Below are positions 1-12,327 of a stretch of 32,000 nucleotides of DNA, one piece after another. This DNA comes from Nitrosospira multiformis ATCC 25196 (lineage in GTDB: Bacteria; Pseudomonadota; Gammaproteobacteria; Burkholderiales; Nitrosomonadaceae). The first letter of the stretch is position 1. Each line of letters opens with the position of its first letter. Both the position numbers and the translations under genes were made by a program. The notes beneath the pieces are model-generated. The model ran no database searches and was not told the DNA's origin. It saw nothing but the letters and a program-made list of their open reading frames with translations. The stretch spans positions 180,001-212,000 of the forward strand of contig NC_007614.1 in the NCBI RefSeq assembly GCF_000196355.1. Direction: 5' to 3'.

Positions 1-842
1 TATTTCTGCATTCCCGCAGCGGCGTGCCGGGAGAATTGCTCACGCAGGGGGGACAAGCGTGTTCTTCGCCGGCTGAAGTCGCGCAGAACGCTGACCTTAT
101 CATTACCATGCTTCCGGACACGGGGGATGTGGAGCGGGTGCTGTTCGGTGACAAGGGGGTGGCGGAGGGATTGAGCGCGGGGCGAAGTAAAGGCGGGATC
201 GTGATGGACATGAGTACCATCTCGCCAGTTGAGACGCGGAAATTCGCCGCTGAAATCAATGAGCTTGGGTGCGAGTACGTGGATGCCCCCGTTTCAGGCG
301 GAGATATCGGCGCCCGGAACGGCACTCTCACCATCATGGTCGGCGCCACTTCTTCGGCCTTCGTGCAGGTGAAGCCGGTTCTCGAGTTTATGGGTAAAAC
401 GATAACCCTGATCGGTCCCACTGGCACGGGCCAGGTCTGCAAGCTTGCCAATCAGATCATCGCCGCGCTTACTATCGAAGCGGTGGGTGAAGGTTTGCTA
501 TTCGCCTCGAAAGCGGGGGCCGATGTGCGGAAAGTGCGCCAGGCATTAATGGGCGGTTTCGCTTATTCCCGCGTGCTGGAAGTACACGGCGAGCGCATGA
601 TCGAGCGCGCGTTTGAGCCGGGATTTCGCGTCGAGCTGCACCGGAAGGATCTGGGCCTTGCTTTGTCCCATGCCCGTACACTGGGCGTGAGCCTGCCCGG
701 TACGGCGACTGTTCAGGAATTGCTGAATGCGTGCATCGCGCATGGCGGGGCCGGATGGGATAGTTCGGCCCTGGTACGGATGCTGGAAAAACTGGCGAAT
801 CATGAGATCGAGACCATCGAAGGCTCGCATGATGAATCATGA
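1..842 (+). CDS. Beta-hydroxyacid dehydrogenase, tartronate semialdehyde (2-hydroxy-3-oxopropionate) reductase-like; 5' end lies outside the window
   Basis: The reading frame of ORF 24..842 stays open to the left edge. The translation (..DLIITMLPD..MDMSTISP..VDAPVSGG..KLANQ..FRVELHRKDL..) matches, from memory, E. coli GarR/GlxR from about residue 30 onward. The N-terminal Rossmann GxGxxG motif is not in the window. It sits directly upstream of glcDEF. Confidence 0.8.
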   Translation, partial: FLHSRSGVPGELLTQGGQACSSPAEVAQNADLIITMLPDTGDVERVLFGDKGVAEGLSAGRSKGGIVMDMSTISPVETRKFAAEINELGCEYVDAPVSGGDIGARNGTLTIMVGATSSAFVQVKPVLEFMGKTITLIGPTGTGQVCKLANQIIAALTIEAVGEGLLFASKAGADVRKVRQALMGGFAYSRVLEVHGERMIERAFEPGFRVELHRKDLGLALSHARTLGVSLPGTATVQELLNACIAHGGAGWDSSALVRMLEKLANHEIETIEGSHDES

Positions 843-848
843 GTTGAA

Positions 849-2324
849 TTGGCGGCAATGAACCGTATGAATGACGCTCTCGAACTTGTAAAAAAGCTTC
901 GGACCTTTCTGCCCGCGGAATCGGTGCTGCATGAGACCGAAGACGTGAGGCCGTACGAGTGCGATGGCCTGTCCGCTTATCGGCAAACGCCCATGATCGT
1001 GGCGCTGCCGCGGACTGAAGATGAAGTGGCGGGAATTTTAAAAATCTGTGATGCACTGAAGATTCCGGTGGTCGCCCGCGGTGCGGGCACTGGTCTCTCC
1101 GGCGGTGCCTTGCCGCATCCGCAGGGAGTGCTGTTGTCGCTGGCGAAGCTGAAAAACATACTGGAGATCGATCCGGCAGCGCGTACGGCAAGGGTGCAGC
1201 CAGGCGTACGCAACCTTGCGATCAGCGAAGCTGCAGCCCCTTACGGACTGTATTACGCGCCTGATCCTTCCTCCCAGATTGCCTGCTCCATCGGGGGTAA
1301 CGTGGCGGAAAATTCCGGAGGTGTGCACTGCCTGAAATACGGACTGACAGTGCACAACATCCTCAAACTGCGTGTTTTGACTATTGAAGGCGAGCTTCTC
1401 GAAATGGGTGCCGATGGGCTGGACGCTCCTGGGTACGACCTGCTGGCGCTCATGACGGGCAGCGAAGGCATGCTGGGTATCGTGACCGAGGTGACGGTGA
1501 AACTGACTCCCCGCCCGGAGAAAGCCCAGGTTGTCCTGGCGTCGTTTGACGACATCCGGGACGCGGGGAATGCAGTGGCGAATGTGATCGGCGCCGGCAT
1601 CATCCCGGCCGGAATGGAAATGATGGACAAGATCACGACCGGGGCAGTGGAAGAGTATGTCCACGCCGGCTATAACGTCGAAGCGGCTGCGATCCTGTTA
1701 TGCGAATCCGACGGCGCGGAGGAAGAGGTGGCGGAGGAGATCGAACGCATCAACGAGATTATGCGGCAGAGCGGTGCGACGGAAGTCAGGATATCCCGCG
1801 ACGAAGCCGAACGCGCTCGGTTCTGGGCGGGGCGGAAGGCGGCTTTTCCTGCCGCAGGCCGGGTTTCCCCTGATTACTATTGCATGGATGGCACCATCCC
1901 GCGCAAGAATCTTGCGAGCGTGCTGACCGGAATCGAAGCGCTTTCTGCCGAATACGGCCTGCGTTGCATGAATGTATTTCATGCGGGTGACGGCAATCTG
2001 CATCCGCTGATTCTTTACGATGCCAATCATCCGGGAGAACTGGAGTTGACAGAGGAATTCGGGGCAAAAATACTCAGGATGTGCATAGAGGCTGGGGGAA
2101 CCATTACTGGCGAGCATGGCGTCGGCATTGAAAAAATCAATCAGATGTGTTCCCAGTTCAAGACAGGTGAGCTGGAAATGTTTCATGCGGTAAAGGCGGC
2201 TTTTGATCCCGCGAGCTTATTGAATCCCGGAAAAGCCATACCTACCCTGCGGCGCTGTGCCGAGCAGGGGGCGATGCACGTGCATCGGGGCAAAGAGAAA
2301 TTCCCCGAATTGCCGAGATTTTGA
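849..2324 (+). CDS. glcD: Glycolate oxidase subunit GlcD (FAD-linked oxidase)
   Basis: 491-aa ORF with an FAD-binding PCMH-type region (VVARGAGTGLSGGA) and a C-terminal GEHGVGIEK motif. GlcE and GlcF homologues follow it. The track start at 849 is TTG; the ATG at 858 is an equally plausible start. Confidence 0.9.
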   Translation: MAAMNRMNDALELVKKLRTFLPAESVLHETEDVRPYECDGLSAYRQTPMIVALPRTEDEVAGILKICDALKIPVVARGAGTGLSGGALPHPQGVLLSLAKLKNILEIDPAARTARVQPGVRNLAISEAAAPYGLYYAPDPSSQIACSIGGNVAENSGGVHCLKYGLTVHNILKLRVLTIEGELLEMGADGLDAPGYDLLALMTGSEGMLGIVTEVTVKLTPRPEKAQVVLASFDDIRDAGNAVANVIGAGIIPAGMEMMDKITTGAVEEYVHAGYNVEAAAILLCESDGAEEEVAEEIERINEIMRQSGATEVRISRDEAERARFWAGRKAAFPAAGRVSPDYYCMDGTIPRKNLASVLTGIEALSAEYGLRCMNVFHAGDGNLHPLILYDANHPGELELTEEFGAKILRMCIEAGGTITGEHGVGIEKINQMCSQFKTGELEMFHAVKAAFDPASLLNPGKAIPTLRRCAEQGAMHVHRGKEKFPELPRF

Positions 2325-2373
2325 AGTCATGTCCATTTCATATACTCTTCACGGTCTTACAGGCTGACGCAGT

Positions 2374-3468
2374 ATGCAGGAAATCGTTGATCAGCTTGCG
2401 GCGACCATTCGCGCCGCTGCGGCGAGTAACGTGCCGCTACGTATCCGCAGCGGCGGCACCAAGGATTTTTATGGCCAGCAGGACAAAGGACGAGACGTCG
2501 CGCCCGAAGGCATTCTCGATCCCACGGCTTTTGCGGGTATAGTGGATTACGAACCCACCGAACTGGTCGTGACCGCGCGGACGGGCACCCCCCTGGCGCA
2601 ACTGGAAACCGAATTGAATGGTCGGGGTCAGATGCTTGCGTTCGAGCCACCGCATTTCGGGGCGGGCGCCACCCTTGGCGGCTGTATCGCGGCAGGCTTA
2701 TCCGGGCCACGCCGCGCCTCGGCAGGCGCCGTACGAGACTTCGTGCTGGGGGTGCGCATGCTGGATGGCAGAGGGGATGACTTGAGTTTTGGCGGCCGGG
2801 TAATGAAGAACGTGGCTGGTTATGACATCCCACGTTTAATGGCGGGTTCCCTGGGCACATTGGGATTATTGCTGGAAGTTTCCCTGAAAGTGCTTCCCCT
2901 GCCCGCAGAGGAACGCACGCTGCGTTTATCGATGAATGAAGCCGTAGCCATTGAGACCATGAATCGCTGGGCAGGCAAGCCCCTGCCGGTTTCAGCAACC
3001 TGTTTCTGCGAGGGTGAGCTCACTGTAAGGTTATCCGGCGCAACTTCCGCAGTGCGTGCGGCGCGCGCGGTATTGGGAGGAGAGGAAATTGTCGAAAATT
3101 CGTCTTTCTGGAAGTCGATACGGGAGCAGGTACATCCTTTTTTTCGATCAGGAAAGCAACTTTGGCGCTTGTCCATTAAATCGACCACCGCTCCTCTGTC
3201 CTTGCCTGGAAAACAGTTGATCGAGTGGGGGGGTGCGGTGCGATGGCTCTCTGTCGATGCAGAGATGGATAACGACGCTGTGGAGACACTTGTCCGCAAG
3301 ACCGCAAAGGAGGCCGGGGGACATGCCACTCTGTTCCGTAGCCGGACTCCCGCTGCTGCTGTGTTTCATCCGCTTCCGCCGGCCATGATGAATATTCACC
3401 GCCAGCTCAAGGAGAAATTTGACCCGATGCGTATTTTCAATCGGGGCCGTCTATATCCCGAACTATAA
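2374..3468 (+). CDS. glcE: Glycolate oxidase FAD-binding subunit GlcE
   Basis: 364-aa ORF with an ATG start. It has FAD-binding domain features (IRSGGTKDFYG, KNVAGYD) and lies between glcD and glcF. Its TAA stop abuts the glcF ATG (3466-3471, TAAATG). Confidence 0.85.
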   Translation: MQEIVDQLAATIRAAAASNVPLRIRSGGTKDFYGQQDKGRDVAPEGILDPTAFAGIVDYEPTELVVTARTGTPLAQLETELNGRGQMLAFEPPHFGAGATLGGCIAAGLSGPRRASAGAVRDFVLGVRMLDGRGDDLSFGGRVMKNVAGYDIPRLMAGSLGTLGLLLEVSLKVLPLPAEERTLRLSMNEAVAIETMNRWAGKPLPVSATCFCEGELTVRLSGATSAVRAARAVLGGEEIVENSSFWKSIREQVHPFFRSGKQLWRLSIKSTTAPLSLPGKQLIEWGGAVRWLSVDAEMDNDAVETLVRKTAKEAGGHATLFRSRTPAAAVFHPLPPAMMNIHRQLKEKFDPMRIFNRGRLYPEL

Positions 3469-4818
3469 ATGCAAACCAATCTCGCTGATTTCATCAAGGA
3501 TACTCCCGAGGGAAAGGAAGCTGAGGCAATATTGCGAACCTGCGTTCATTGCGGTTTCTGCCTGGCTACCTGTCCGACTTATCAATTACTGGGAGACGAG
3601 CTCGATAGCCCGCGCGGGCGCATCTATCTGATGAAGCAGATGCTGGAAGGCGAGCCGGTGACGGAAAAGACGCAATTGCATCTCGACCGCTGCCTCACCT
3701 GCCGCGCTTGCGAGACAGCCTGCCCGTCCGGCGTGCGTTACGGTCATCTGGTGGATATCGGCCGGGGCCTTGTCGAAAAGAAGGTGGGGCGCAGCCTTGC
3801 TGCCGGAAGCATGCGATATGTGTTGCGGCAGGCATTGCCGAACCCGACCCTGTTTGCATCACTGTTGAAAGTGGGCCGGACTGTCCGCCCCTTGCTGCCA
3901 AATGGTCTGAAGGATTCGATCCCTGCTGCCCCCATGGAAGAAAGCCGACCCTTTCACGCTGCTCGGCACGAGCGCAGGATGCTCGTGCTCCAGGGCTGCG
4001 TTCAACCGGCACTGGCGCCCAATATCAATGCTGCTGCCGCACGCGTGCTGGACAAGCTCGGCATATCACTTATCAGCGCTCCGGATGCGGGGTGTTGTGG
4101 GGCGGTGTCTTACCATCTCAATGCCCAGAGGGAAGGATTGGATTACATGCGCCGCAACGTGGATGCGTGGTGGCCCTATATCGCGCCCAAGCCTGAAAAA
4201 GAGCCGGGAATGAAGCCTGGGACAAAGGGACGGGCAACAGAAGGAGCAAAGGAGGAAACAAGGGGCGTCGAAGCAATCGTCATGACTGCGAGCGGCTGCG
4301 GCGCGACCGTGGAAGAATACGGTCATCTTTTGCGCCATGATCCCGCATACGCGGAAAAAGCCGCGCGCATCTCGGAATTGACCAGGGACATCAGCGAGAT
4401 CGTGGAAGCGGAGATGCCGGCGCTCGTTTCTCTTCTCAGTAAATCGACTGCCAGCAGGGAAAACCCCAGGCAGAAGCTCGCGTTTCATTCTCCCTGCACT
4501 TTACAGCACGGAATGCGCATCCGGGGTGTCGCGGAGAAGATTCTGGCTGCTGCCGGCTTTGATTTGACCTATGTGCCGGATGCGCATCTTTGCTGCGGCT
4601 CCGCGGGAACCTATTCGATTCTGCAGCCGGAGTTATCGCAGCAGTTGCTGAAAAACAAGGTAACGGCACTCGAATCGGGCCATCCTGATCGGATTGCCAC
4701 TGCCAATATAGGTTGCCTCATGCATATCCGCAGCGGAGCCGCGCTGCCGGTCGAGCATTGGATCGAGATTTTGGACGAGACCCTTGAGGCCGCTTGGCCT
4801 GGCACGATTGAAGATTAG
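3469..4818 (+). CDS. glcF: Glycolate oxidase iron-sulfur subunit GlcF
   Basis: Contains two ferredoxin-type clusters (CVHCGFCLATCP, CLTCRACETACP) and two CCG motifs (DAGCCGAV, HLCCGSAGTY). It is colinear with E. coli GlcF as recalled, except for an extra Lys/Glu/Pro/Gly-rich segment at 4183..4269. Confidence 0.9.
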   Translation: MQTNLADFIKDTPEGKEAEAILRTCVHCGFCLATCPTYQLLGDELDSPRGRIYLMKQMLEGEPVTEKTQLHLDRCLTCRACETACPSGVRYGHLVDIGRGLVEKKVGRSLAAGSMRYVLRQALPNPTLFASLLKVGRTVRPLLPNGLKDSIPAAPMEESRPFHAARHERRMLVLQGCVQPALAPNINAAAARVLDKLGISLISAPDAGCCGAVSYHLNAQREGLDYMRRNVDAWWPYIAPKPEKEPGMKPGTKGRATEGAKEETRGVEAIVMTASGCGATVEEYGHLLRHDPAYAEKAARISELTRDISEIVEAEMPALVSLLSKSTASRENPRQKLAFHSPCTLQHGMRIRGVAEKILAAAGFDLTYVPDAHLCCGSAGTYSILQPELSQQLLKNKVTALESGHPDRIATANIGCLMHIRSGAALPVEHWIEILDETLEAAWPGTIED

Positions 4819-4933
4819 CTTTTCAATGCTTCTGCCAGGAGCTTCTTTCGCGCGCGCTCAGCGCAGCAAGCCGGATTCCCGATTCATATTTTTATCGCCT
4901 TCACCCTGAGTCCCTTGTTCCCGTTTGCCCCCA

Positions 4934-4979
4934 GCCTGTCGAAGGGGCCGAGCCGCGCTCGGAACTACGCCTGTCGAAG
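4934..4979. repeat. 11-nt direct repeat GCCTGTCGAAG (x2) flanking a GC hairpin in the glcF-ftsK spacer
   Basis: Copies lie at 4934-4944 and 4969-4979. The hairpin CCGAGC-CGC-GCTCGG at 4948-4962 lies between them. Imperfect outer inverted arms are CCCTTGTTCCCG (4912-4923) and CGGAACAGGG (4982-4991). Confidence 0.5.
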
Positions 4980-5212
4980 AGCGGAACAGGGATTAAGAGC
5001 CGGCTACCAGAGGCACGGCGAACTTGCGAGGAAATTCTTCGGAAGCGGACCGGCCAGAAGTGACCCGCCTCAAGGAAGGAAGATTTATTCCAATGGAATA
5101 AGAAGCGAGGTAGAAACCCTCCTGTTGCTTATTCCGCTGGAGTGGTTTTATTTTTAACCCCCCATCCAACTCTTATATAATCCATGTTGTTACCGTTCCT
5201 GCTGCTATATCC

Positions 5213-7543
5213 ATGAGCTTCGTCAACAAGCCAATGGCAAAAAAAATCAGTCCCGACCCTTTGCCGCCCAGGGTCGTTCGGCTCCTGCGGGAGTCGGCGA
5301 GTCTTGCCTTGCTGGGGGTGGCGCTCTATCTGGTGCTGATATTTTATGGATATGAGCGCGCCGATCCCGGGTGGTCGCACAGTGGCGACGGGCCCGCCCA
5401 GAATCCTGGGGGCATGGTAGGGGCTTGGCTGTCCGACCTGATGCTGTACTTGCTGGGTGTTTCCGCCTGGTGGTCAGTGCTGTTTTTCCTTTTCCTGGTA
5501 TGGTGGATGTATCGCCGCATCGATGGAAGCATATTCGACCGTCGTCCGTGGTTTGTTTCGATGATCGGCTTTCTGCTGTTACTCGTTGCGAGCAGTGGGA
5601 TGGAAGCACTGCGTTTCTACTCCCTCAAGGTGGTTTTGCCGCAGATGCCGGGAGGAGTGCTGGGTTTCCTGCTTAGTAAGAGCCTGTCCCAGGTACTGGG
5701 CTTTACTGGCGCAACGTTGGCACTCCTGATATTGATTGCAATCGGTTTCAGTTTATTTACAGGGTTATCCTGGTTGCGCCTGATCGAGCAGATAGGCGCC
5801 TCGATAGAAGGTTTTTTCCTGCTTGTCTGGCGCAGTATAGAAAGCGTCTTCCTGTTTATCGGCCGTGGCTGGCGGAGCAGGCAGGACCGTCATGTAGGTG
5901 CCGTTTCCGCCATCAGGCGTGAAGAGCTGGTGGAAGTGGAAAAAAAGCGCTTGCTGGAACACCCGCCTTTACACATTGAACAACCGGTTGTCGCGCTTCC
6001 CAAGCCGCGCAAGGTGACCCGGCAAAAGCAGGCTCCCCTTTCTTCTGACCTGCCTGATCCCACTTTGCCGCCGTTGCGCCTGCTCGATGAGCCGCCAAAG
6101 AAAGAAGTGGAAACTCTGTCGACGGAAACACTCGAATTCACTTCCCGCCTGATCGAGCGGAAACTGATGGATTTCGGTGTAGAGGTCAAGGTGGTGGCGG
6201 CATATCCCGGTCCCGTCATTACACGCTACGAGATTGAGCCTGCCGTCGGGGTGAAGGGTAACCAGATCCTCAATCTGGTCAAAGACCTGGCGCGATCCTT
6301 ATCAGTGGTAAGCATCCGTGTCGTCGAGACCATTCCGGGGAAGACCTGTATGGGTCTGGAAATCCCCAATCCCAAGCGGCAAGTCGTACGCTTGTCTGAA
6401 ATTCTCAGTTCACAGGCTTATGCCGATATGGGATCGCCCCTGACCATTGCCCTCGGCAAGGATATAGGCGGGCATCCGGTAGTGGCCGATCTGGCCAAGA
6501 TGCCGCATTTGCTCGTTGCGGGAACGACCGGCTCGGGCAAATCCGTGGCAATCAATGCGATGTTACTTAGCCTGCTCTACAAAGCTACGCCCGAGCAGGT
6601 GCGTCTCATTCTGGTGGACCCGAAGATGCTTGAATTGTCGGTATATGAGGGCATTCCACACCTGTTGGCTCCCGTAGTTACCGACATGCGTCAGGCAGCC
6701 AGCGCCCTGCGCTGGGGTGTGGCCGAAATGGAACGGCGCTACAAGCTGATGTCAGCGCTTGGGGTCCGTAATCTGGGGGGCTATAACCAGAAAATCCGTG
6801 AGGCGATCAAGAGTGAGAAACCCATCCTCAATCCGCTGAGCCTCACCCCGGAAGCACGGGAACCGCTGGAGGAGATGCCGGTGATTGTCGTGGTGATAGA
6901 CGAGCTGGCGGATCTGATGATGGTCGTGGGCAAGAAAGTGGAGGAGTTGATTGCCCGGCTTGCCCAGAAGGCCCGGGCGGCGGGAGTCCATCTGCTTCTC
7001 GCCACTCAGCGGCCTTCCGTGGATGTGATCACAGGACTTATCAAAGCCAATATTCCCACACGGGTAGCTTTTCAGGTATCAAGCAAGGTGGACTCGCGCA
7101 CAATCCTGGACCAGATGGGAGCGGAGGCCTTGCTCGGGCAGGGCGACATGCTTTATCTGCCCCCCGGAAGCGGATATCCGCAACGGGTTCACGGCGCTTT
7201 CGTCGCCGATCAGGAAGTGCATCGGGTGGTGGAGTATCTCAAGGAACACGGTGAGCCGCGGTATGTGGACGGTGTGCTTGATGCATCGGATGAGGAAGGC
7301 GGCGGGAGCGGAAATGGCGGGGTAGGGGGACAGGAAGGCGGCGAGAGCGATCCGCTTTACGATGAAGCCGTCGCCATCGTGCTCAGATCTCGACGCGCTT
7401 CCATCTCCCTGGTGCAGCGGCACCTGCGCATCGGTTACAACCGGGCTGCGCGGTTGATTGAAGAAATGGAGCGCGCCGGTCTGGTCTCGGCCATGCAAAG
7501 CAACGGCAACCGGGAGATTCTGGTTCCGGCGGGGAATGAATAA
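5213..7543 (+). CDS. ftsK: DNA translocase FtsK
   Basis: 776 aa. N-terminal transmembrane helices, a Pro-rich linker ([21 protein letters not shown]), Walker A GTTGSGKS, Walker [11 protein letters not shown], and a C-terminal winged-helix gamma domain ([24 protein letters not shown]). Confidence 0.95.
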   Translation: MSFVNKPMAKKISPDPLPPRVVRLLRESASLALLGVALYLVLIFYGYERADPGWSHSGDGPAQNPGGMVGAWLSDLMLYLLGVSAWWSVLFFLFLVWWMYRRIDGSIFDRRPWFVSMIGFLLLLVASSGMEALRFYSLKVVLPQMPGGVLGFLLSKSLSQVLGFTGATLALLILIAIGFSLFTGLSWLRLIEQIGASIEGFFLLVWRSIESVFLFIGRGWRSRQDRHVGAVSAIRREELVEVEKKRLLEHPPLHIEQPVVALPKPRKVTRQKQAPLSSDLPDPTLPPLRLLDEPPKKEVETLSTETLEFTSRLIERKLMDFGVEVKVVAAYPGPVITRYEIEPAVGVKGNQILNLVKDLARSLSVVSIRVVETIPGKTCMGLEIPNPKRQVVRLSEILSSQAYADMGSPLTIALGKDIGGHPVVADLAKMPHLLVAGTTGSGKSVAINAMLLSLLYKATPEQVRLILVDPKMLELSVYEGIPHLLAPVVTDMRQAASALRWGVAEMERRYKLMSALGVRNLGGYNQKIREAIKSEKPILNPLSLTPEAREPLEEMPVIVVVIDELADLMMVVGKKVEELIARLAQKARAAGVHLLLATQRPSVDVITGLIKANIPTRVAFQVSSKVDSRTILDQMGAEALLGQGDMLYLPPGSGYPQRVHGAFVADQEVHRVVEYLKEHGEPRYVDGVLDASDEEGGGSGNGGVGGQEGGESDPLYDEAVAIVLRSRRASISLVQRHLRIGYNRAARLIEEMERAGLVSAMQSNGNREILVPAGNE

Positions 7544-7830
7544 AAGGATACCGGCGAGGACGATGTTGGCAAAGGAATCAAGGCGAACGCAGAATGGGGC
7601 GGAGGCGATCAGCCGTAATCCGTTTTTACTGATGGGTTGCGCTACGCTCTATTCATCCCACAGCGGGATGAGTGGAAGGAGCGCAGGACAAAATCATGGG
7701 GTTTGGCAAGAAGCAGGAAGCTCTGCTGCCCGTTACTACACTATCAGGGAGTAAGTACGTTGGCCACATCGCTCTCCTGTTTGGAGGCGATGCGGCTATT
7801 GCTGCTTATGCGTGTGTCAGCGAGTCAGTC

Positions 7831-8808
<978 letters not shown>

Positions 8809-8944
8809 ACATTATTCATGCTCTGTTGCCTGACATCGATTGTGGAACTTCGAGAGATCGCCTTAAATTGCCCGACGAGGGAGCGGCTTATTTATAATTA
8901 CCGTGATCCTGTTCTTTGCCTGGTTCCAATCCCTAGTCAAAATC

Positions 8945-9568
8945 ATGAAGCTATCCGAAAAGTTCTGTGTTTTCCTTTTTTTCCTTTTATTTACTTCCAC
9001 AACCCATGCAACCGGAATCGGCAGTCTCAAGAGCTTCATGGAGAATGCGCGGACTGTCCGCGCAGATTTTGCGCAAACCGTTCTCGACAAAAGTCGCCAC
9101 ATAGTGCAGACAGCAAGCGGTGCCATGCAATTCGAGCGTCCCGGAAAATTCCGCTGGATATACGAGAAGCCTTACGAACAATTGATCGTTGGAGACGGCG
9201 AGCGCATCTGGTTTTACGATCATGATCTTGCTCAGGTAACCGTGCGAAAGCTGGATGCCGCCATTGGCAGCAGTCCTGCCGCGCTGCTTGCCGGAAACAA
9301 TGATATCGAAAAGAATTTCCATCTTTTGGAAATCGGCCTGCAGGGTAACATCGAATGGGTGGAAGCCACACCCAAAACCCGGGAAAGTACATTTGAGCGG
9401 GTGCTTCTCGGATTTACCCTGGAGGGGATACTTAGAGTCATGGAATTGCATGATAATTTCGGCCAGGTTACCGTATTCGAATTTTCGGGTGTGGAACAAA
9501 ACCGCAAGCTTCCTCCGGAATTGTTCAAATTCAGTCCCCCGGCGGGTGTGGACGTGATCAGTGAGTGA
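8945..9568 (+). CDS. lolA: Outer-membrane lipoprotein carrier protein LolA
   Basis: Signal peptide [22 protein letters not shown] followed by LolA-like sequence ([42 protein letters not shown]). Conserved position between ftsK and rarA. I preferred the ATG at 8945 to the GTG at 8903 because it gives a canonical signal peptide. Confidence 0.9.
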   Translation: MKLSEKFCVFLFFLLFTSTTHATGIGSLKSFMENARTVRADFAQTVLDKSRHIVQTASGAMQFERPGKFRWIYEKPYEQLIVGDGERIWFYDHDLAQVTVRKLDAAIGSSPAALLAGNNDIEKNFHLLEIGLQGNIEWVEATPKTRESTFERVLLGFTLEGILRVMELHDNFGQVTVFEFSGVEQNRKLPPELFKFSPPAGVDVISE

Positions 9569-10874
9569 TCTGTTCGCGCAGGCCCAACCTGCTGCACCCC
9601 TGGCGGAACAGTTGCGTCCGCATGAATTGAAGGATGTGGTGGGGCAGCCTCATTTGTTGGGTCCCGGCAAACCGTTGCGTCTTGCATTCGAGTCCGGCAA
9701 GCCGCATTCAATGATACTGTGGGGTCCGCCCGGCTCAGGCAAGACCACGCTGGCTCGCCTCATGGCGTCGGCGTTTGACGCTGAATTCATTGCGCTGTCT
9801 GCCGTGCTAGCGGGGGTCAAGGATATTCGTGACGCAATCGAACGGGCACGTGCAGTTTTGCACCAGTCCAGCCGCCATACCATCCTGTTCGTGGATGAGG
9901 TTCATCGCTTCAACAAGTCGCAACAGGATGCGTTTCTGCCCTTCGTCGAACAAGGATTGGTAACATTTATCGGTGCCACGACCGAGAACCCTTCATTCGA
10001 GGTGAACGGCGCCCTGTTATCGCGTGCCCAGGTGTATGTGCTCACTGCCTTGTCCACGACCGAACTGGGTACCCTGTTCGACCGGGCAAGGAAGCTGGCA
10101 TTGGCTGAGCTGGATTTCACCCCTGATGCGCGATCATTGTTGATCGAATATGCCGACGGTGATGCGCGGCGTTTGCTCAATCTTCTGGAACAGCTAAAAA
10201 CTGCGGCGGCGGCTGAAGGAATATCAAGAATAGATGCGGATTACGCCCGTGAGAGGCTATCTCGCGCCGCGCGCCGGTTTGATAAGGGCGGCGATGAATT
10301 TTACGACCAGATTTCGGCGCTGCATAAATCCCTGCGAGGCTCTCATCCGCACGCCACGCTTTACTGGATGTGCCGGATGCTGGATGCCGGCGCAGATCCG
10401 CGCTATATTGCCCGGCGCCTCATCCGTGCCTCCGTGGAAGATATCGGCCTGGCCGACCCGCGCGCCCTGCGTATTGCGCTGGATGCTTCGGAGACTTACG
10501 AACGCCTGGGTAGTCCCGAGGGGGAACTGGCCCTGGCGCAGGCGGCCCTGTATCTTGCCTGCGCTCCCAAGAGCAATGCTGCTTACCTTGCGTATAATAA
10601 AACCCGCTCTTTTATCGGTGAAGACAAGTCGCGAAGGGTTCCGGAACACTTGCGCAACGCGCCCACGCGCCTGATGAAGGAGATGGGATTCGGGCGCGAC
10701 TACCGCTATGCGCACGATGATCCCGATGCATATGCCGCGGGAGAACATTATTTTCCGGAAGGAATGCCGGAAATTGAATTTTACCGGCCAACCAGCCGCG
10801 GATTCGAAAGTAAAATATCCGAAAGACTGGCGTATCTGCGCGAGCTGGACAAACAGGCAAAAAAAGAATCATAA
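9561..10874 (+). CDS. rarA: Replication-associated recombination protein A (AAA+ ATPase RarA/MgsA)
   Basis: Walker [12 protein letters not shown], Walker [13 protein letters not shown], and the C-terminal MgsA helical domain ([11 protein letters not shown]-like [15 protein letters not shown]). The GTG start overlaps the lolA stop by 8 nt. Confidence 0.93.
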   Translation: MSDLFAQAQPAAPLAEQLRPHELKDVVGQPHLLGPGKPLRLAFESGKPHSMILWGPPGSGKTTLARLMASAFDAEFIALSAVLAGVKDIRDAIERARAVLHQSSRHTILFVDEVHRFNKSQQDAFLPFVEQGLVTFIGATTENPSFEVNGALLSRAQVYVLTALSTTELGTLFDRARKLALAELDFTPDARSLLIEYADGDARRLLNLLEQLKTAAAAEGISRIDADYARERLSRAARRFDKGGDEFYDQISALHKSLRGSHPHATLYWMCRMLDAGADPRYIARRLIRASVEDIGLADPRALRIALDASETYERLGSPEGELALAQAALYLACAPKSNAAYLAYNKTRSFIGEDKSRRVPEHLRNAPTRLMKEMGFGRDYRYAHDDPDAYAAGEHYFPEGMPEIEFYRPTSRGFESKISERLAYLRELDKQAKKES

Positions 10875-10879
10875 GATAG

Positions 10880-12274
<1,395 letters not shown>

Positions 12275-12327
12275 GGCAATCAGACGTATCTTTTTACCAT
12301 TGTTACCATTGGAGAGGCTCGCTAACC

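Noticed and set aside
472-1191. 239-aa minus-strand ORF, plus other long antisense ORFs (e.g. 1038..1664, 2357..2998, 14855..15355, 15374..15919, 16722..17468, 29197..29751, 29842..30441)
   Set aside because: All lie antisense to, or out of frame within, genes with strong family signatures (glcD/glcE, coxB/coxA, kup). Their translations are Arg/Pro/Gly-rich and low-complexity, and no SD or motif supports them.
4915-5157. 80-aa TTG-initiated ORF in the glcF-ftsK spacer
   Set aside because: Non-ATG start, no SD, and an Arg/Gly-rich translation. The region is better explained by the repeat and hairpin elements it spans.
7653-7671. 7-bp hairpin TCATCCC-ACAGC-GGGATGA in the convergent ftsK/amoC spacer, considered as the amoC or ftsK terminator
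   Set aside because: No U-run follows on either strand. Other imperfect stems nearby (e.g. around 7712-7727 and 7768-7795) are equally plausible, so I could not single out a terminator here.
8844-8850. Perfect sigma-E -35 heptamer GGAACTT on the plus strand upstream of lolA
   Set aside because: Sixteen to seventeen nt downstream the sequence reads ATTGC, with no TCxxA-type -10. A lone -35 match is expected by chance.
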